A DNA stretch of 64,000 nucleotides from Gnetum montanum (GCA_015680685.1 MNCI01002981.1:260061-324060), one strand, 5' to 3'; positions 12,608 through 28,000 are shown, counted from the first letter of the stretch. Notes: generated from the letters alone by a model not told the origin. Numbers and translations are program-made.

Positions 12608-13658
12608 GTACGGTTTATCGCATTTTCAATCTTTGTATGTTTTTCGATTGAGAATGAATAGTATATGTTAATTGCGAATTGCGCGCGCAACAGTCTGAAT
12701 GGCGGCTGCGGTAGTTTTAAAGAATATTTTAAACAATGTTTTCTTTGTTCTTTTTTAAGTAAAACAGATAAGATTTCGGCCTTTTTCTGCGTGCCCTGTC
12801 ACATCCGATGCGAAGCTTGTTGCCTCCCTTGTTATGTGCTAATAAGCTTTTACCTGCGTGCGAGGTATAACTTACAAAGTGTGTAAATTACACGACATGT
12901 ACACTTTCACGATACTTAACATAACCTTAGACGATTCTGCGATATTTCTTATGCAGAATAAATATAGCGAAACTAAACGGTCATCATTAGAAGGCTCAGG
13001 TATACGGTACTGGAATATTAGCGAAAACTTAAACTTCTTTTTGAGCGACTCCATTAACCAGATAAACAAGTCACACTACAAATATAGCCAAACCAAGGAA
13101 GAATATTAAAATTTTTCATACATGTACCTCAGATTGTCATAAGTTCCGCGATGATTTCAAGCGTGTACATGGCTAGTTTCTCGGAAAGAAATTATTGTAA
13201 CCATTTACGGAAACTGAATGGCTTGGAACGGTTCGATAAATGTGCCTGTTACAACCGTTCCATAAAAGTTACGGCTTGTAACGGTCCCATAAATTTGACT
13301 GTTACAACGGGTTTCATAAAAGTGATTGTTACTGTAAAATTTGTAATGGTCTCATATTTGCCATTTAAACAAAAGTTTGGTAATTAACATTTTTCTAGCA
13401 TATAAAATGTTCTTGATGAGATAACAAAGGTCAAGAACAAAGGCACAAAGAAATCATGACAGTGTTATAGTTTTGGTCCCTATCACAAACGTTTAGATTC
13501 TGCATACACCATTGTTGTTGATCGTTGGTGTGATAGAAGAATTAGAACACTCGCTGTAACAAGTTTACACAAAGGTATTAATGGCTGAAGGTCAGTTTTG
13601 ATTTATTTTCGCATCTTTGATTCCTTGTGCAATTCGATTATTGTGCCATCTGGCCAAT

Positions 13659-16600
13659 TGATGAACAATTTGAGTTATCAGACAAGGCTTTGGCTAGCAC
13701 CTTAATAATGAAATTTTCATCCATGAAGTTCATTGAAATCCATGGTGTGTGTGAGCACATCATGCAAATGAGGGATATATCGGCTTAGCTAAAAACACTT
13801 GAAGTTGAGATTTCAGAGTTTTTTCTTGTGCACTACATTTTGAACACGCTCCCATAGTAGTACAGACCCTTTAAGATTTCTTATAACACACATAGAGAAA
13901 AATGGTCAATCAATAAACTAATGACCATGTGTGTACAAGAAGAGGGTAGACTTGCTATGGAAGTGGGAGAGTGTGCATATGGCTACACAAGAAAAGAATA
14001 AGGGGCAAGCCAAAAATAAGTGGAGGGGCAAATTGCTTGCACAAGCTGACATTAAGAAGGAACCTAGATGCTTTTTTTGCAAGAAGAAATGGCATATAAA
14101 GAAGGATTGTCCTAAATATCAAAAATGGCTTGAAAATTAAGGTACTCAATTCTCACTTGTTTTTTTTGAATCTAATATGGTTGATGTTGGCCATAACATA
14201 GGGTGGATTGACTTCGGTTCTACAATCCATGTTACTAATTCCTTGCAGGGGATGCAAAACCTAAGAAGGCCAGTGGGAAGTGAGTTGTGCATCTATTTAG
14301 GCAATAAAATGTGCTCACATGTGGAGGCAGTTGGAACATGCAAATTAGTTTTAAGTAGTGGTTTTGTTTTAGAGCTAGAAAAGACATTTTATATTCCAAG
14401 TTTTTTAAGGAATTTAATTTTTGTTTCAAGGCTTGTATTATTGGGATTTTCGTTTATTTTTCAGACACTGTATTTAGTTTATATTATAGATTTGAACTTA
14501 TTGGAAATGGTACATTAACAGATGGTATTTTCAAAATTATTTTACAAAATGAAACTTCTTATACTTCTATTCATGGTGGTGTTGGTGTTAAGAGATGTGT
14601 TATGAATGAATAATCCTCTCTATGTTATGGCATTGTAGATTAGGACATATCTCTATTGAGAGAATAAAGAGATTAGTAGATGATGGAGTATTTAGTACCC
14701 TAGATTTTATTGACTTTGACACTTGTGTGGACTACATAAAGGGAAAGCAAACCAATATGTCCAAGAAAGGTGCCAAGAGGAGTTTAGACATATTGGAGAT
14801 CATACATATAGATATTTGTAGTCCAAAAATGGACACGTGTGGTCAAAGGTATTTCATTACTTTTATCAATGACTACTCATGATATATGTATCCCTACCTA
14901 CTTCATAATAAGAACAAAGCTTTAGATTCCGTAAAGGTGTTTAAGGTTGAAGGAGAGAAACAGTGCAGTAAGCAAATAAAGATAGTGACGTTTGATAAAG
15001 GTGGTGAATACTATGGTAGATATATTGATGATGGACAACTGCTTGGTCTGTTTCCTAAGTTTCTTCAAGCGCATGGGATTGTTGCCTAGTACACTATGCC
15101 TGGTTCTCTAGACCAGAATGGTGTGGTAGAAAGAAGAAATTGAACATTATTGGACATGGTGCGGAGTATGCTTAGTAGCTCCAAGCTTCTTAAGTCCTTG
15201 TGGACTGAAGCTCTCAAGATGGCTGTATATATATTAAATCAAGTTCCAACCAAGGCTGTGTCAAAGACACCATTTGAATTATGGAAAGTTTGGAAATTGG
15301 GTTTGCGACATATACGCTTTTGGGGATGCTTGTTTGAAATCCACAAGAAACGAAGCTAAACCCAAGGACCACAAGTGGGTATTTCATTGGATATGTTGAA
15401 CGATCTAAGGGATACAAATTTTATTGTCCATCACATGCTACTAGGTTTGTGGAACCAAGTAATGCTAAATTTCTTGAGAATGACTTGATTAGTAGGAGTA
15501 ATCAATCCTGGAACATTGTTCCAGAGAAAGATCATGCAAGTGCCCAACCCTTTACTTCAAGTGAAAGACTAATTATTGTAGACAACACGCCTAGGGCACA
15601 AACATGTGAGGAACAACAACCAATCATTGAAGTTCCATAGACTGTTGATCAAAAAGCAATAGATCTAGCTGCACAACAAATACCAAAACCTATTGATTGT
15701 CATGCTCCTTAGGAGAATGATGAACCAACATTAAGAAGATCTACTAGAGTAAGGCTATTAGCAATTTCTAGTGACTATATAGTGTATCTATAGGAGTCTA
15801 ACTATAACATAGGAGCCAAAAATGATCCCAAAATGTTTTCACAAGCCATGAGTTGTAAGGAATCTGACTTGTTGTATGATGCCATGAAAGATGAGATGAA
15901 CTCTATGTCATCTAATGGAGTTTGGGATCTTGTCAAGTTGCTTGATGGTGTAAAAACCATTGGATGCAAATGGGTCTTCAAGACAAAGAAAGACTCATTA
16001 GGCAACATTGAAAGATATAAGGCAAGACTTCTTGTGAAAGGGTTCACTCAAAGAGAGGGAATAGATTACATGGAGACTTTTTCTCTTGTATCTAAGAAGA
16101 ACTTTCTTTGTGTGATTATGCCATTGGTTACCCATTTGATTTTGAATTACATTAAATAGATGTGAAAATGACATTCCTCAATGGTGATGTAGAGGAAGAG
16201 GTTTATATGAAACAACCTAAAGGATTTTCCTCTTGTGTGGTGAGCAATTGGTATGCAAGCTCAAGAAATCCATATATGGATTGAAATAGGTCTCACATTG
16301 ATGGTATTTAAATTTCCATGATGTCATCACTTCATTTGGTTTTGAACAGAACATAATGGATCAATATATATACTAGAAAGTTAGTGGGAACAAAATCTAT
16401 TTCCTTGTCCTATATGTGGATGATATCCTTCTTGCGACCAATCATAATGGATTTCTATATGAGGTGAAGCAATTTCTCTCTAAGAACTTCGACATGAAGG
16501 ACATGGGTGAGGCATCTTATGTCATTGGCATTAAGATCCATAGGGACAAATCTATATGTATTTTGGGACTATCACAAGAAACCTATATCAATAAAGTTTT

Positions 16601-17390
16601 AGGGATATGGGCGAAAGGTTGTTCACTGAGTATAGCACCCATTGTGAAGGATGACAAATTCAATTTGAACCAGTGTCTCAGGAATGATTTATAGAAAAGA
16701 CAAATGAGCAACATTCCATATGCTTCAACTATTATAAGCCTAATGTATGCTCAGGTCTACACAAGACCTAACATTGCATTTGCTGTGGGAATGTTGGGCA
16801 AATATTAGAGTAATCCATGCATTGACCATTGGAGGGCTACAAAAAAGGTGATGAGGTACCTTCAAGGTCCAAAAGATTACATGCTTATGTATAGATGAAT
16901 TGACAATCTGGAGGTGATTGGCTACTTTGATTCAAACTTTGTTGGCTGTGTTGATTCAAGGAAATCAACATCTGGTTATGTTTATATGTTGGCTAGAGGA
17001 GTTGTGTCTTGGAGGAGTGGAAAGCAAACCTTCGTTGCTACTTCCACAATGGAGGTAGAGTTTGTTTCTTGTTTTGAGGCTACTTCACATGTTGTATGGT
17101 TGAAGAATTTCATGTCGGGCCTTAGAATTATAGATTTTATATCTAGGCTATTAAGAATGTTGTGTGACAATTTAGCTGATGTCTTTATGGCTAAGAATAA
17201 TAAGAGTGGTAGTCGAAGTAAACACATCGACATGAAATACTTAGCCATAAGGGGACATGTTAAGGAAAAGAAAGTGGTCATTGAGCATATAAACACTGAA
17301 TTGATGATAGTTGATCCTTTGACAAAAAGAATGCCACCGAAGTCATTTAAGGATGATGTAGTTCAAATGGGACTTGGTTCCATGATGTAA
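13659..17390 (+). pseudogene. Disrupted Copia gag-pol polyprotein
   Basis: Collinear ORF fragments at 13931, 14177, 14622, 14886, 15150, 15833, 16416 and 16914 in gag-PR-IN-RT-RH order. Confidence 0.9.
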
Positions 17391-17444
17391 TTTGTACGGA
17401 TGATGTAGTTCAGATGGGACTTGGTTCCATAATGTAATTTGTAC
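17351..17444 (+). repeat. 47-bp tandem duplication spanning the Copia pol stop codon
   Basis: GGATGATGTAGTTCA(A/G)ATGGGACTTGGTTCCAT(G/A)ATGTAATTTGTAC twice. Confidence 0.9.
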
Positions 17445-19004
17445 GTATAATTTTACAATCTTAATGAAACTTTTATTCAGTTGTGATGTTTTCTCATATT
17501 TAGTTTGCACATATAGTTATTGGAGAAAATTCACATATGACAGGACTTAGAATGAATATTGAGTTTATTCATAAAGTTTAGTTACCATATAAGAAATTAA
17601 GTTTAAGAGATAATACATTGTAATATATAAAAGATAATACTCACATTCAAAGGAACTATCGCCATGATTCATGTATCCATCTGATGGATATTAATTAAAA
17701 TATGGAGATCAAGTGGGATAATGTAACCATTTATGAGAAAATGATGGTTTGTAATAGTTCCATAAAAGTGACTTTTATGAGAAAATCAACAATTTGTAAT
17801 ACTTACCACAAGAGTGGTCTCATATTTGCCATTTAAACCGAAAGTTTGGTAACTAACATTTTTCTAGCATATAAAATGTTCTTGATGGGAGAGCAAAGGC
17901 ACTAAAAGAAATCACATCAAAGCTATAGTTTTGGTCCCTATCACAAATGCTCAGAGTTTGCATACACCATTGTTGTTGAGTGTTGTGATAAAAGAATCAA
18001 AATACTTACTGCAACAAGTTCACTCAAAGACATCAATGGCTGGAAGTCAATTTCAATTTATTTTTGCATCTTTGATTCTTTGTGCAATTCAGTTATTGTG
18101 CTGTCTAGCCAATGCTTTTGCACAATTTTTTCCAACAATTATATGAAAAGATAGACCATTCCATAAAATGATTAGACCGGAAAAGCAAACACAAAAAATG
18201 GATTGAATGTTAAAAGTTTGTTTTTTCCCCACTACAAACGTACTAAGATCCTGATTAATTATTTATGAACCACTTGATTATTTTCTATTTCTACCAACAA
18301 TAGTTGATTATTGGAAGCTTTGTATTTTACTTTCTTTTGCGGAAACCTTCATATTGCGTTATCTTTTGTTTCTAAAGTCGTTACAGCTCTATATTATTGT
18401 GATTGTAGTGTAGTTCTTCGTTTTGTGTAGCTGGCTAATTAAGGTTTGACGATAGATTAATGTTAACTATAATCATAAGGACCTTACCGCTGATATTTAT
18501 AATGAAAAATAATGTTAGATCATATTTCTCAAAGAGGCATATAAATTCCCATACTATAATTTCAACAGGAATTAGCTATGAACGTTCAAAACTAAACATA
18601 CAAAGTAGCCATTAAGTTTTAAACATTGTTCATTTTAGGGATCCTGTAAGTTTTACTTCTGATGAGCATAGTTTATGGTATTCGGCAAGCATTGGCCTGT
18701 AATGATCATCCGGCAAAGTGAATTTGGAAGTTCCGTTTTACTTAAATATCAATGACCTATGTATATAATGATATAAAACTAAGCAACTAATTTTAATTTA
18801 TATTGATTATCACATGTGGCTATGTTGTTTTTATATATGTTTAAGGGAATAACTAGTTTTTGTGAAGGTTTATCTGCTAAAGAATATATGTTACTTTTCT
18901 TTAAAGGGAAAAACATCTGAAGGGCAATTTACCTATTAATTTATCAATCATCTTATATTTTTTTGGCAGTTTTATTTACAAATATTTTGTGATTCTCAGG
19001 AATC

Positions 19005-22000
19005 ATGCCGATGTCAGCCAAAAAAGTTTCCCAAAAATCTATTCGAAATAAGATATGCAGAGTTGAAGCGAGCATTTCTTTTTCTTCTCATTGGCCACTT
19101 GAAGATATAAATCTTGATAAACCTGCTTGTACTTCTGCAACCAGAAAGAGTTCATCTTTTCGCAATTGTAATTCTTGCAATTTAGCATATTTTGGTTGCA
19201 AATCTCCTTCCCGTTCAGCTTTTCACAATGCAGTAATAGCGAGTTTATCTGACCTGGATAGACGCATGGCTCAAAAGAACACACACTCAATTGATAAAAA
19301 TTCTAGTGTTAAGAAAAAGTATTCTGTTACACATGATGTTTCGTTGCAGTTTATGGAAGGCTTGGATGATGCTAGTAAGTTTGGAGATGTTTATACTGTG
19401 GAGAGGCTACTATATGCTCTTGCAAAGCGTCTTGATTCATTGGCGTCGGTGTCTACCATCTTGTCTGCTGGTGGGATACAAAAAGTAGCACTTGTATTAA
19501 AAACGTTTATGCATCATTCATGGCAAAATCCTTTAAAGGAGATTGTCAAGGAACCAAATGTGACTCAAACTAACAGCTCTTGTAAAGATAAAGGAACTGT
19601 TTCTGTGGGCTGCAGTAGTATAGATAGTTTCAGTAAACGACATTGTCAGAAAGAGGAGCAAGTTACTCCCTGCAAATCAAAGATGACTCTCGTGGTGTCT
19701 GCAGGGTGTTTTTTGCTTAAAAAGTTAATTGATGTAGTATTGCAATGCAAGGAACATTCAGAATCCCAAGCATTGGTTGGTGAAGTAAATGAAAAAAATT
19801 ATCACACGTGTTTAGTGGAGATGTACGTTGCATTGACAGAAGCTTTTATTGAAATTTTACAGCCATTGCAAGGTGTTCCGCCTCTGCCTCCATGGTGCTT
19901 TGATTGTTTGGCAAAGCTTATGCCTATTCTTTGGGATGCCTTTAGCAGGTGTGGTACTATTGCAGAAAAAAATTTTCAGAAAAAGGCTACCACACCCAGT
20001 GAAGCTTCTCAAGTTGATCCTGGATTCTTGATCTCTTGTAGTATTCATTTTGGCAACACTGAAAAGGCTGAAATATGTAATGTTACTAAAAATCATGATT
20101 CAGGTGATGTCACTGAAAATGAACTTGTATGCTCTTGTTCAGGCTTGGCAACTATGGCTGTTCCTAAGAAAGCTGAACAAGCCCTGAGGAGTATCCTACA
20201 GTTTCTTCATTCACAGAGCTATTTGCCAGTATCTCTTACTGTGGGTGAGTTGGTTTAATAAGGAAAAAATGTGTAATTTACAAAGAAATTGTAATGGTCC
20301 ATATATTTTGTTTGGAAGTTTAAGTTTCAATAACATCATTAGGAAATAGGTAATCTGTATCTCATCTGATATATATTGCATTAGGAAATAGGCATTGATA
20401 ATCAACAGAGCAATATGAAAGTGATAATTAAGAATGAAACTTTGGATTTTAAACGTTTATCAATGATGAAAGTGTAAAGTTCGGTAAGAATTTGTTTAAA
20501 GATGTTTGTTTTTTGTTCATTGCAGTGGCACTGCATGTTCTTTCAATCTATTTATCTGTCGTACCTTCACCGAGTCTAATGTTTGATGCGTTATCATTGA
20601 CCATCTCATCCATGAAAAAGAACTTGAGAAATGAAGAAGTTCAAATTCAGGGTTTGGTAGTAATTGATTTTGTTGCAGCTGCCTTAGATTCTGCAAAGGC
20701 CCTTCAAGCATGGGATACTGTTACTACTTGCATGGAGCATCATAAAACTAATGTTGATGTTCAGGTACTCATAAGATCTTGTCCAGCTTTTTTAACAATA
20801 ATGAGTTTGTACAAGCTAACAGTTGTAAACAAAATTAAGAACAAGAATTTCTTATTGTAATAAATTTATATGTCGATAAAAAATCTGATTTAATGAAGGG
20901 TCTAGAAAAAAACAATTTACCAAAATTTATGCATGGATATCTTATTTTATTGGGCATTACTTGTAGGACATACTTTATATTTTATTTGTGTAACAACATA
21001 TAATATATACCATTTTGATGAAAGCAGCACTTGATGATAAGAAGGAATGCAAGTGCTCTATCAGCTAGTTCTATTTTTAGTGGATGACTGTGAGTTTATT
21101 TTGCAGATATCTGGAATCATGTACATTTCTTTAGAACCAATACTAAAATGCATGCCATTGCATTCTTACCTTTCATCAATATAATAAAAAAACTGCGCTT
21201 CCACCTTTCAAATTAAACATGTGTATATATATTTTTGAGGAATTTTATATAAAATCAAAAGCTGAATCTGCAAAGTCTTAGATTAATACAGAAATTTATT
21301 AAGTGTTTTTTTTAATATTTAAAAAAAGCGTTCTTAAATGTATGCTGTTGGTATGCTATCTCAAAGTAGTTATCATAAAATTGAGAGGGTTTGATGACAA
21401 TAGATATTACCCTCAGCTCATCTGTCGGATCATACTAATGTTACCATGTTTTGTGCATGTTGAAGCGGGAAGGATGTAGAACTCTTCAAGAACTTTGTTT
21501 AGGTATTATAGTTGGTGACTTGCATAAAGCTGACGAAGACTCTGCTAGAGAAGATGGTGTATGTGCTCTTGTATCGGCAATGTCTCAGTTTCCGGAGGAT
21601 ATAAGAATTCAGTATTATGCCTGCATGACTTTGTCAAGTTTAATTCATGGTGCATGTAAAAGAAGCATTTTTGCTATGTTGACTTCTGGTGTTATTTCAG
21701 CAACTATTAGCGCAATGTCTTTATGCAAAACAAATGAAACTATACAGGTAGAAGCATGCAGAATTCTCTATACCATATGTAAGGTGACTGCAGTGGATCA
21801 CAACTATCATACTGTTGAAATGATGATTAATCCAGCTTCAAATGTCAATTCATTTGAAAATGGTGATGATTGTGATGCAACACAAAAAGGAAATTCAATG
21901 ACAAGTACAGATAAAGACCATGCATGCTATAGTGAAGAGAACAGATTGGTGTTCTTACAAGAATGGAGGGCTGCTTTCTGGGTATTTTTGGGAGCAATGA

Positions 22001-25000
22001 ATGTTAATAAAACCTCTGAATCTGTTCAAGAGTATTGTACTTATATCATTGCCTCCATCCTGCAGATGTTCACTGGAAAAGAATTGTTTGGTTACCATAT
22101 TTATCAGCTATTTTATTCAAATTCCTCTGCTCAGGTAAAATTCAAAAAGGATGTTGATAAGGCCTCTTTATTTCATTGGTTCATTGTTGATGGAATAAGA
22201 AATGTGCACGATGTCTTCGAAGTTATAATTCGGGCAATGGCTGCTTTTCCAACGAATAAAGTCATACAGATAGGCACTTCCTACGTGCTAGAGAAATTGT
22301 TTCAACTTTACCTTCTTACAGCTAATGTAATGCATATATCCAACGGAGAAGAAAATGATGAATTTGTTGAGTACCAAAATAATGATTTGAAAGATACTTC
22401 ATGTATGTCAGGTGCCCCTATATTTCCATGTATTGATTAATGAATAATTCAGATATGCAACCTCTTATATCTTCTTTCTGTTTCTTTGTCGTGTGCAGAC
22501 AGGGAATACAGGAGTCAGAATAATTATTCTAGTAATTTTGGCCAGAGTTCAAGACTAACGGACGGCTTTGCCAGAGTGCATGATTCAAATGATTTTATTG
22601 ATTATGTGCTGCTAGAAGCAAGCTTATTGCTACATGTAGCATCAAAATTTGTTGCAGTGTTCTTCATGAATGAGCAAAGTAGCGTTTCTTCACACACATG
22701 CAAAAAGTTACCCATGAAGCTCACGGGCATGAAGTTCTGCTGCAATGTTAGTGCTTCAATCTTTCCAGAGGAGAGTTGGCTTTGTCTGTTACGTGTTATT
22801 GGAAAATTTTTATGTAAACTCTCAGAGCATCTCAGAGATTTCTCTACAAGAGTATCAAATGATTTTTCTTCCACCAGTATTGATGACCAATCCCCTGAAA
22901 TAGCAATTAAACAATTTCTAATGGTAGCCAGGAAGTATTTTGATTCAAAGAGAGATCTTTTCAATGCAAATTCTCTAGAAGTTATTGATGCAACCCATAA
23001 CAAAATTTTGGAACACAAATTATCATCTAATGATGTCTTTTTGGATCTTCCATCATTGCTCACGAAGGCAATACAGAATGTTCACCGACTACTATCAATG
23101 TTAAGAGATAGTGATGCTCGTGCTTCGGCTCTTCAAGCTCTTCCTAATCTCTATGAAGGATACAGGACCGTTTGTGTGAAAATAAATCAAGAAAGTGATA
23201 CGCAGACTTTAAGGCAGGCACTCTGGTCAGTATAATACAGTGCAACATATATCTGTCTTTTAAAAAGCTTAAAGGTAGGTTGACCTCATTGACATTTATT
23301 TGGAAATAAATTTTTCAATATTTTTTTTCACAGGAATGATGAAGATGTAGGCATAGACATTCTGCTCGATTGTGTGGGTGTCTGGAAAGATAAAACCACA
23401 TTAAACATAGCAATACTCTCTATGCATGCTCTTTTTTGTGCTTGTAAAAATGTTGCAGCTTCAGAAGAAATAAATCGCGTATTTGGACATGAGGGCAGTG
23501 GCACTAAACTTCTAGTTTCTACTCTACAAAAAGCAGTAAATCAAAATATTGATTTTAACGAAAGGAAGAAATTACTTAAGTGGTGTCTTAATGGTTTAAG
23601 TATTATTTGTAGATGTAGTTTTGATGTAGAATTCTCGTATGCTTTGACTGGGGGAGCAGACCTTGTTGTTGCAGCTCTAAATCAATACAGTCATGATGAA
23701 GAAATCTGTGAAAGTGCCCTCAAGTCCCTAGGAATTTCTTTGGGTGGGAAACATGATTTCCTCACTGTTCTTTCCGCTGCAGTAGAGAGGAATCTAACCT
23801 TTGGGAAAGGCAAATCAAGCAAGAAAAAAAAGCACGTTTCAAATGGGGCAAATGCTGTGGTGGGACTGAGTCATATCTTTGATGAATTTATTTTTAGTAG
23901 TAAAGCTTCTTTGGAAGACAAAAACAGTTCTGAACAGAGCATGGAAGAAAAGAGGTGTACCCAAATTAGAAGTGTACTTAATCTGTCAGAACATTCATGT
24001 CATCTTTTCCAAACATTAGTTGCTGCAAGTCCAAGGTGTGGAGGACCTATTTTTACAGTGGAGCTTCTTAAGTATCTTAATAATCGTGCGTTAAACGGAA
24101 TGGTAGTTACTGATACTCAGCAAGGTCATATTTGCGAATTAATTGGCTACATGGCAAATCATAGTGCAACTTGGCGCAAAGATTTTATCAATGGAGGTGT
24201 CATTGAAGCTGTTTTGTTAACAATGGAAATTAGATTTCAGTGGAGGAAGCAAAAATTTTCATTCTGTAAATCATTTGATGATTTTTCGGGAATGCCTGGA
24301 ACTCCTTTACAAGAAATTGAAGTTATAGTTTCTGAGGAAGCTTGTACTAAAACGAACACGAGTATTTCAGGTAAGTTTCCTCTCTTGAAACTTTTGGAAC
24401 TAGAAGCAGTAATGCTTCATAAATTTTAATACATATGTTTTTATTATCAGAAAATGGCATTGTCTTACAATTTCTTCAACCTGCATTACGGGCTCTTTTA
24501 AACTTGGTGAAGGATCCCGAAGACTGCAATTTTTCAGCATTACACGAAATTATTCAGGTTTGCAGGAATACCATCTTTTCTCTCTTTCATATGAGTTATG
24601 CTGTCCATCTCAGGTTACGATTACTTTGGATTGTATAATTAAATTTAGGGACGAAAGCTAAAGTAGAGCTAGGTTGATTATCTTTAAACTGTGATTTGTT
24701 ATTCAAATATTTCATGGAATGAGTAGTCAATAAAACGAACTCCTGAAGTTGACACACGTGCATATTTTGCATTTAACTTTTTCGGGATACCAGTGAACCA
24801 ATTACATGTTATGGAAGCAATCATGTTTTTTAAGAGAATTGTATGAGTAGATATTACTGGATGATTTAAATTTGAAATGATATAGAGACTTGGGATATAA
24901 ATGATAGAACAAGTACAATGACTTCAATTATTTGAACATGAAAAATCAACTTAAAATATTAATACAGGAGAAGTCAATATATTCTAACACGTTAGCATAT

Positions 25001-28000
25001 TTTTATAACTTATAATTAACAGCAATGAATAACTTCTAAATTTTAATAGAAACTTATGTATTTGAAAAATAGATCTGGGTTTAATATAGAGCATATTCTT
25101 CTACTTGTATTTGAAAAATAGATCTGGGTTTAATATAGAGCATATTCTTCTACTTGTAGCATAAGTGATTAGGTGTTAGCTTAATGCAAAGATATTGACT
25201 TCAATTAGCAATGTATGGTTCTCCATGATAAGTAAATAGTAATGAATATCCTCGGAAAAAAAGAACACTAAAAAATCACAGGCAATTTTACCAAATGAGT
25301 ACCACAATAAATAATGAATCATATCATTAAATCTCGTAATCACTGATAGAACATAGAAAATTTTGACCGGTAAATTGAAGACATTTTTCAAGTAAATTAC
25401 ACGAACAAAGGGAGTATATTGCATGATCCTGTATTAGGCAATAAGTTTTTTCAATTAAGAAAAGCTTTCTATTTAGTTGGATCATACATAATTGGGAAAA
25501 TTAAGTAAGGGTTTGAGAATATTTAAATTGATTTTCTTTAGAAGATAAGATTACATAATGATAAATTATGACAAAGTTGTATTGATCATGCTTGCACCTT
25601 TGTTGCTTCTGTAGGTTTTGAAGGTTTGCTTTTAGATTAAATATTTTTTAAATAAACTATTAGTTGTATTATTACAATAATCTTCACTTTGAATTAAGTT
25701 AAATCTGTTTACTTTACTATTTTTATTTTTTCCTTAGAGAAATAAAATGAGCAATGTTTTTTTCTTCATAATAATTGGTGGAAATCTTTTCTTCTTTCTT
25801 TTGTTGCAAATTCCTTATTCAAGATAATTTGCATAATGATAATTTTGTTTGTGGCACATTGATGTTTAAATTAAATATTAACAGTTATATTATTATTCTT
25901 AATTTAAATTGAGTAACAGATTCCTTAATTATATTATTTGATTTTCATGTTAATACACAAGAGATTGATTTAGTATTTTTTGTATATATTTTAAATGAAA
26001 TTTATAATTAAAATAAATAATATTTTTATTTTTTAATATTTAAGTTCTTAAAATTCTTCAAATTGGTATTTACTCTATTTCTTTTATGTTCTTACCTGGA
26101 ATACAAACAGGCAATCACAGTTCTCTTGCATAGTTTTGGAGGTTTGCAGGATGAAAGGACAGTCACCTGGAGCCACAGGGCTCATCCCACAAGTAAATTA
26201 TTGCGTCCATCATTCTTTACTAATGCAAGGCAGATTCTAGCTCAGCTTGGAGTAACAAGGTTTGTCCTTATTTGGTAATTATATTGAGTTTTATTAGCTT
26301 GTACCAAAAACGTTGTATTTTAACATTTCACGTTCATATTTGTTTGTGAATTTCATTCATTTTTAATTAGCTAAACATTATTTCAGGATTAATGGTAGGA
26401 ATTTATGCCAGATGGCTACAGAGGTAGGGGATCTGGAGTGTTTGAAGATTCTGGTTAGTAAAGGTGTGGACGTATGTGCGCAGGATTCTTTGGGTAGAAC
26501 TGCTCTATGGTACGCTCAGAAATCTCACCAAGATGACATCGTTCAATTTTTAAAGTCTCATTTAAACTCTTGTAAGATGAGATCACACGTAAAAGCAAAG
26601 AACGTGAAAAGAGGAGAAAGATGCAAAAAACATGAAGTTACTCCACCCAAAAAAAAGGAAATAACTGAAAATGGAATCCAATCATCAGATACCTCTTCCA
26701 TACGCGAATTAGATCACAGATCAGTTGGGGGAATATTTAATGAATCAAATTGCTTGCAGAACGGGGACAAGCCCACCGTAAAAGAGAAAATGCAAGGCAA
26801 TTTTGGGGAAGATAATGTGACCTCTAGAGTGGCAAATGTCAAATCAGAAAAAGTTGGAAAGTTGAATTCAATGCTACAAGAAGCTCTGGTTTCTGGGAAC
26901 AAAGAAAAGTTAGAACTTTCTCTACGAACTTGTGAATCTCGTTCTGCAGAATGTAATCAGGAACTAATAAAAAAAGTCAAAGCTTCCCTGCAGAAAAAAG
27001 TGAGACGCCATGAAAAGTATGTTAACCTGGAGGAGGAATTAAATTCATCCTTAAGAAATGGTGATAAAGATTGTCTCGCTGCAGCTATCTTAGCAATCGA
27101 ATCTGTGCCAAGGTATGTAACGTTATTGCAGCAGAAACTAAATGCTGCCAGAGAAGAACTACGCAAACTTGAAGCTCTAGAAATCGAAGCTCAAAAAAAT
27201 ATCCAAGTTTCAGAAGTTGCACAAACTTCTGAATGCCTGAAGGATAAAGGTAAACTTCAAGATGACAAACCTGCAGCTGAAATTGAACCAAGTAAAGAAT
27301 ACCAAAAGAAAGTTTCTGATAACAGCTCTGATGATTTCAAGTTATGGGATCAATGTGAACCACAGAAACAAAGCAAGAAATCTTATGAATCAGTGGCTGC
27401 CACGACCGTTTCCAACAGCTTCAACACGGTAGAATCAAAGCATAAACCAGGTCAGATTCAGCCAGTTTCAACTAAATTGTTAAATTCAATGCAACCAATA
27501 GATCCAGTGGTTCATCCTAAGCGCATAGAGACTTCGGATCATCCAAAGGCAGAGTCATCACATTGCAGAAATACTGACCAATACCGTCCTTGCCAGAGAT
27601 TCTTCAAGGCAAAATTGGACGATGAAACTCCTACACAGATGCACAATTCTGTTGCAGAAGAAGTATCCAGTCAAAAAACGCCACCAGATACAGCGCGGAG
27701 GTTCTCGAACAATAACATGGCTGAGCCTGCCAATTTCGGACAGAACTTGAACAGGGAACCAGACACATCACAACTCCTTTTTGGTTTTAGTGGCCATCCC
27801 CTACCATTTGGATGTCATGCAACATACGGTGATATCCAGCGCAGAAGCAGCTTTCCAGATCAAAGCCAAATCACGATGACACCTACCCTCCATCCATTTC
27901 ATATTATTGACAGTCAAATCTATTCTGACTCAATTGTTCCTGAGCTTTTGCATACACCCTCTTTCAGTACAGAAAGCCCCAGTTCTGAACAAATGGATTT

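Larger units (their letters stand above)
13196..18137 (+). mobile_element. Ty1/Copia LTR retrotransposon, degenerate, with the PBS and gag 5' end deleted
   Basis: TGTAACCATTTA at 13196 and 17722; 3' LTR 17722-18137 ending CCAACA; TSD ATTAT (13191-13195 and 18138-18142); PPT AAGTGGGATAA. Motifs: gag knuckle CFFCKKKWHIKKDC, GAG-pre-integrase [21 protein letters not shown]...RYKARL and YVDDILL, RNase H GYFDSNFVG...KHIDMKY. Confidence 0.93.
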
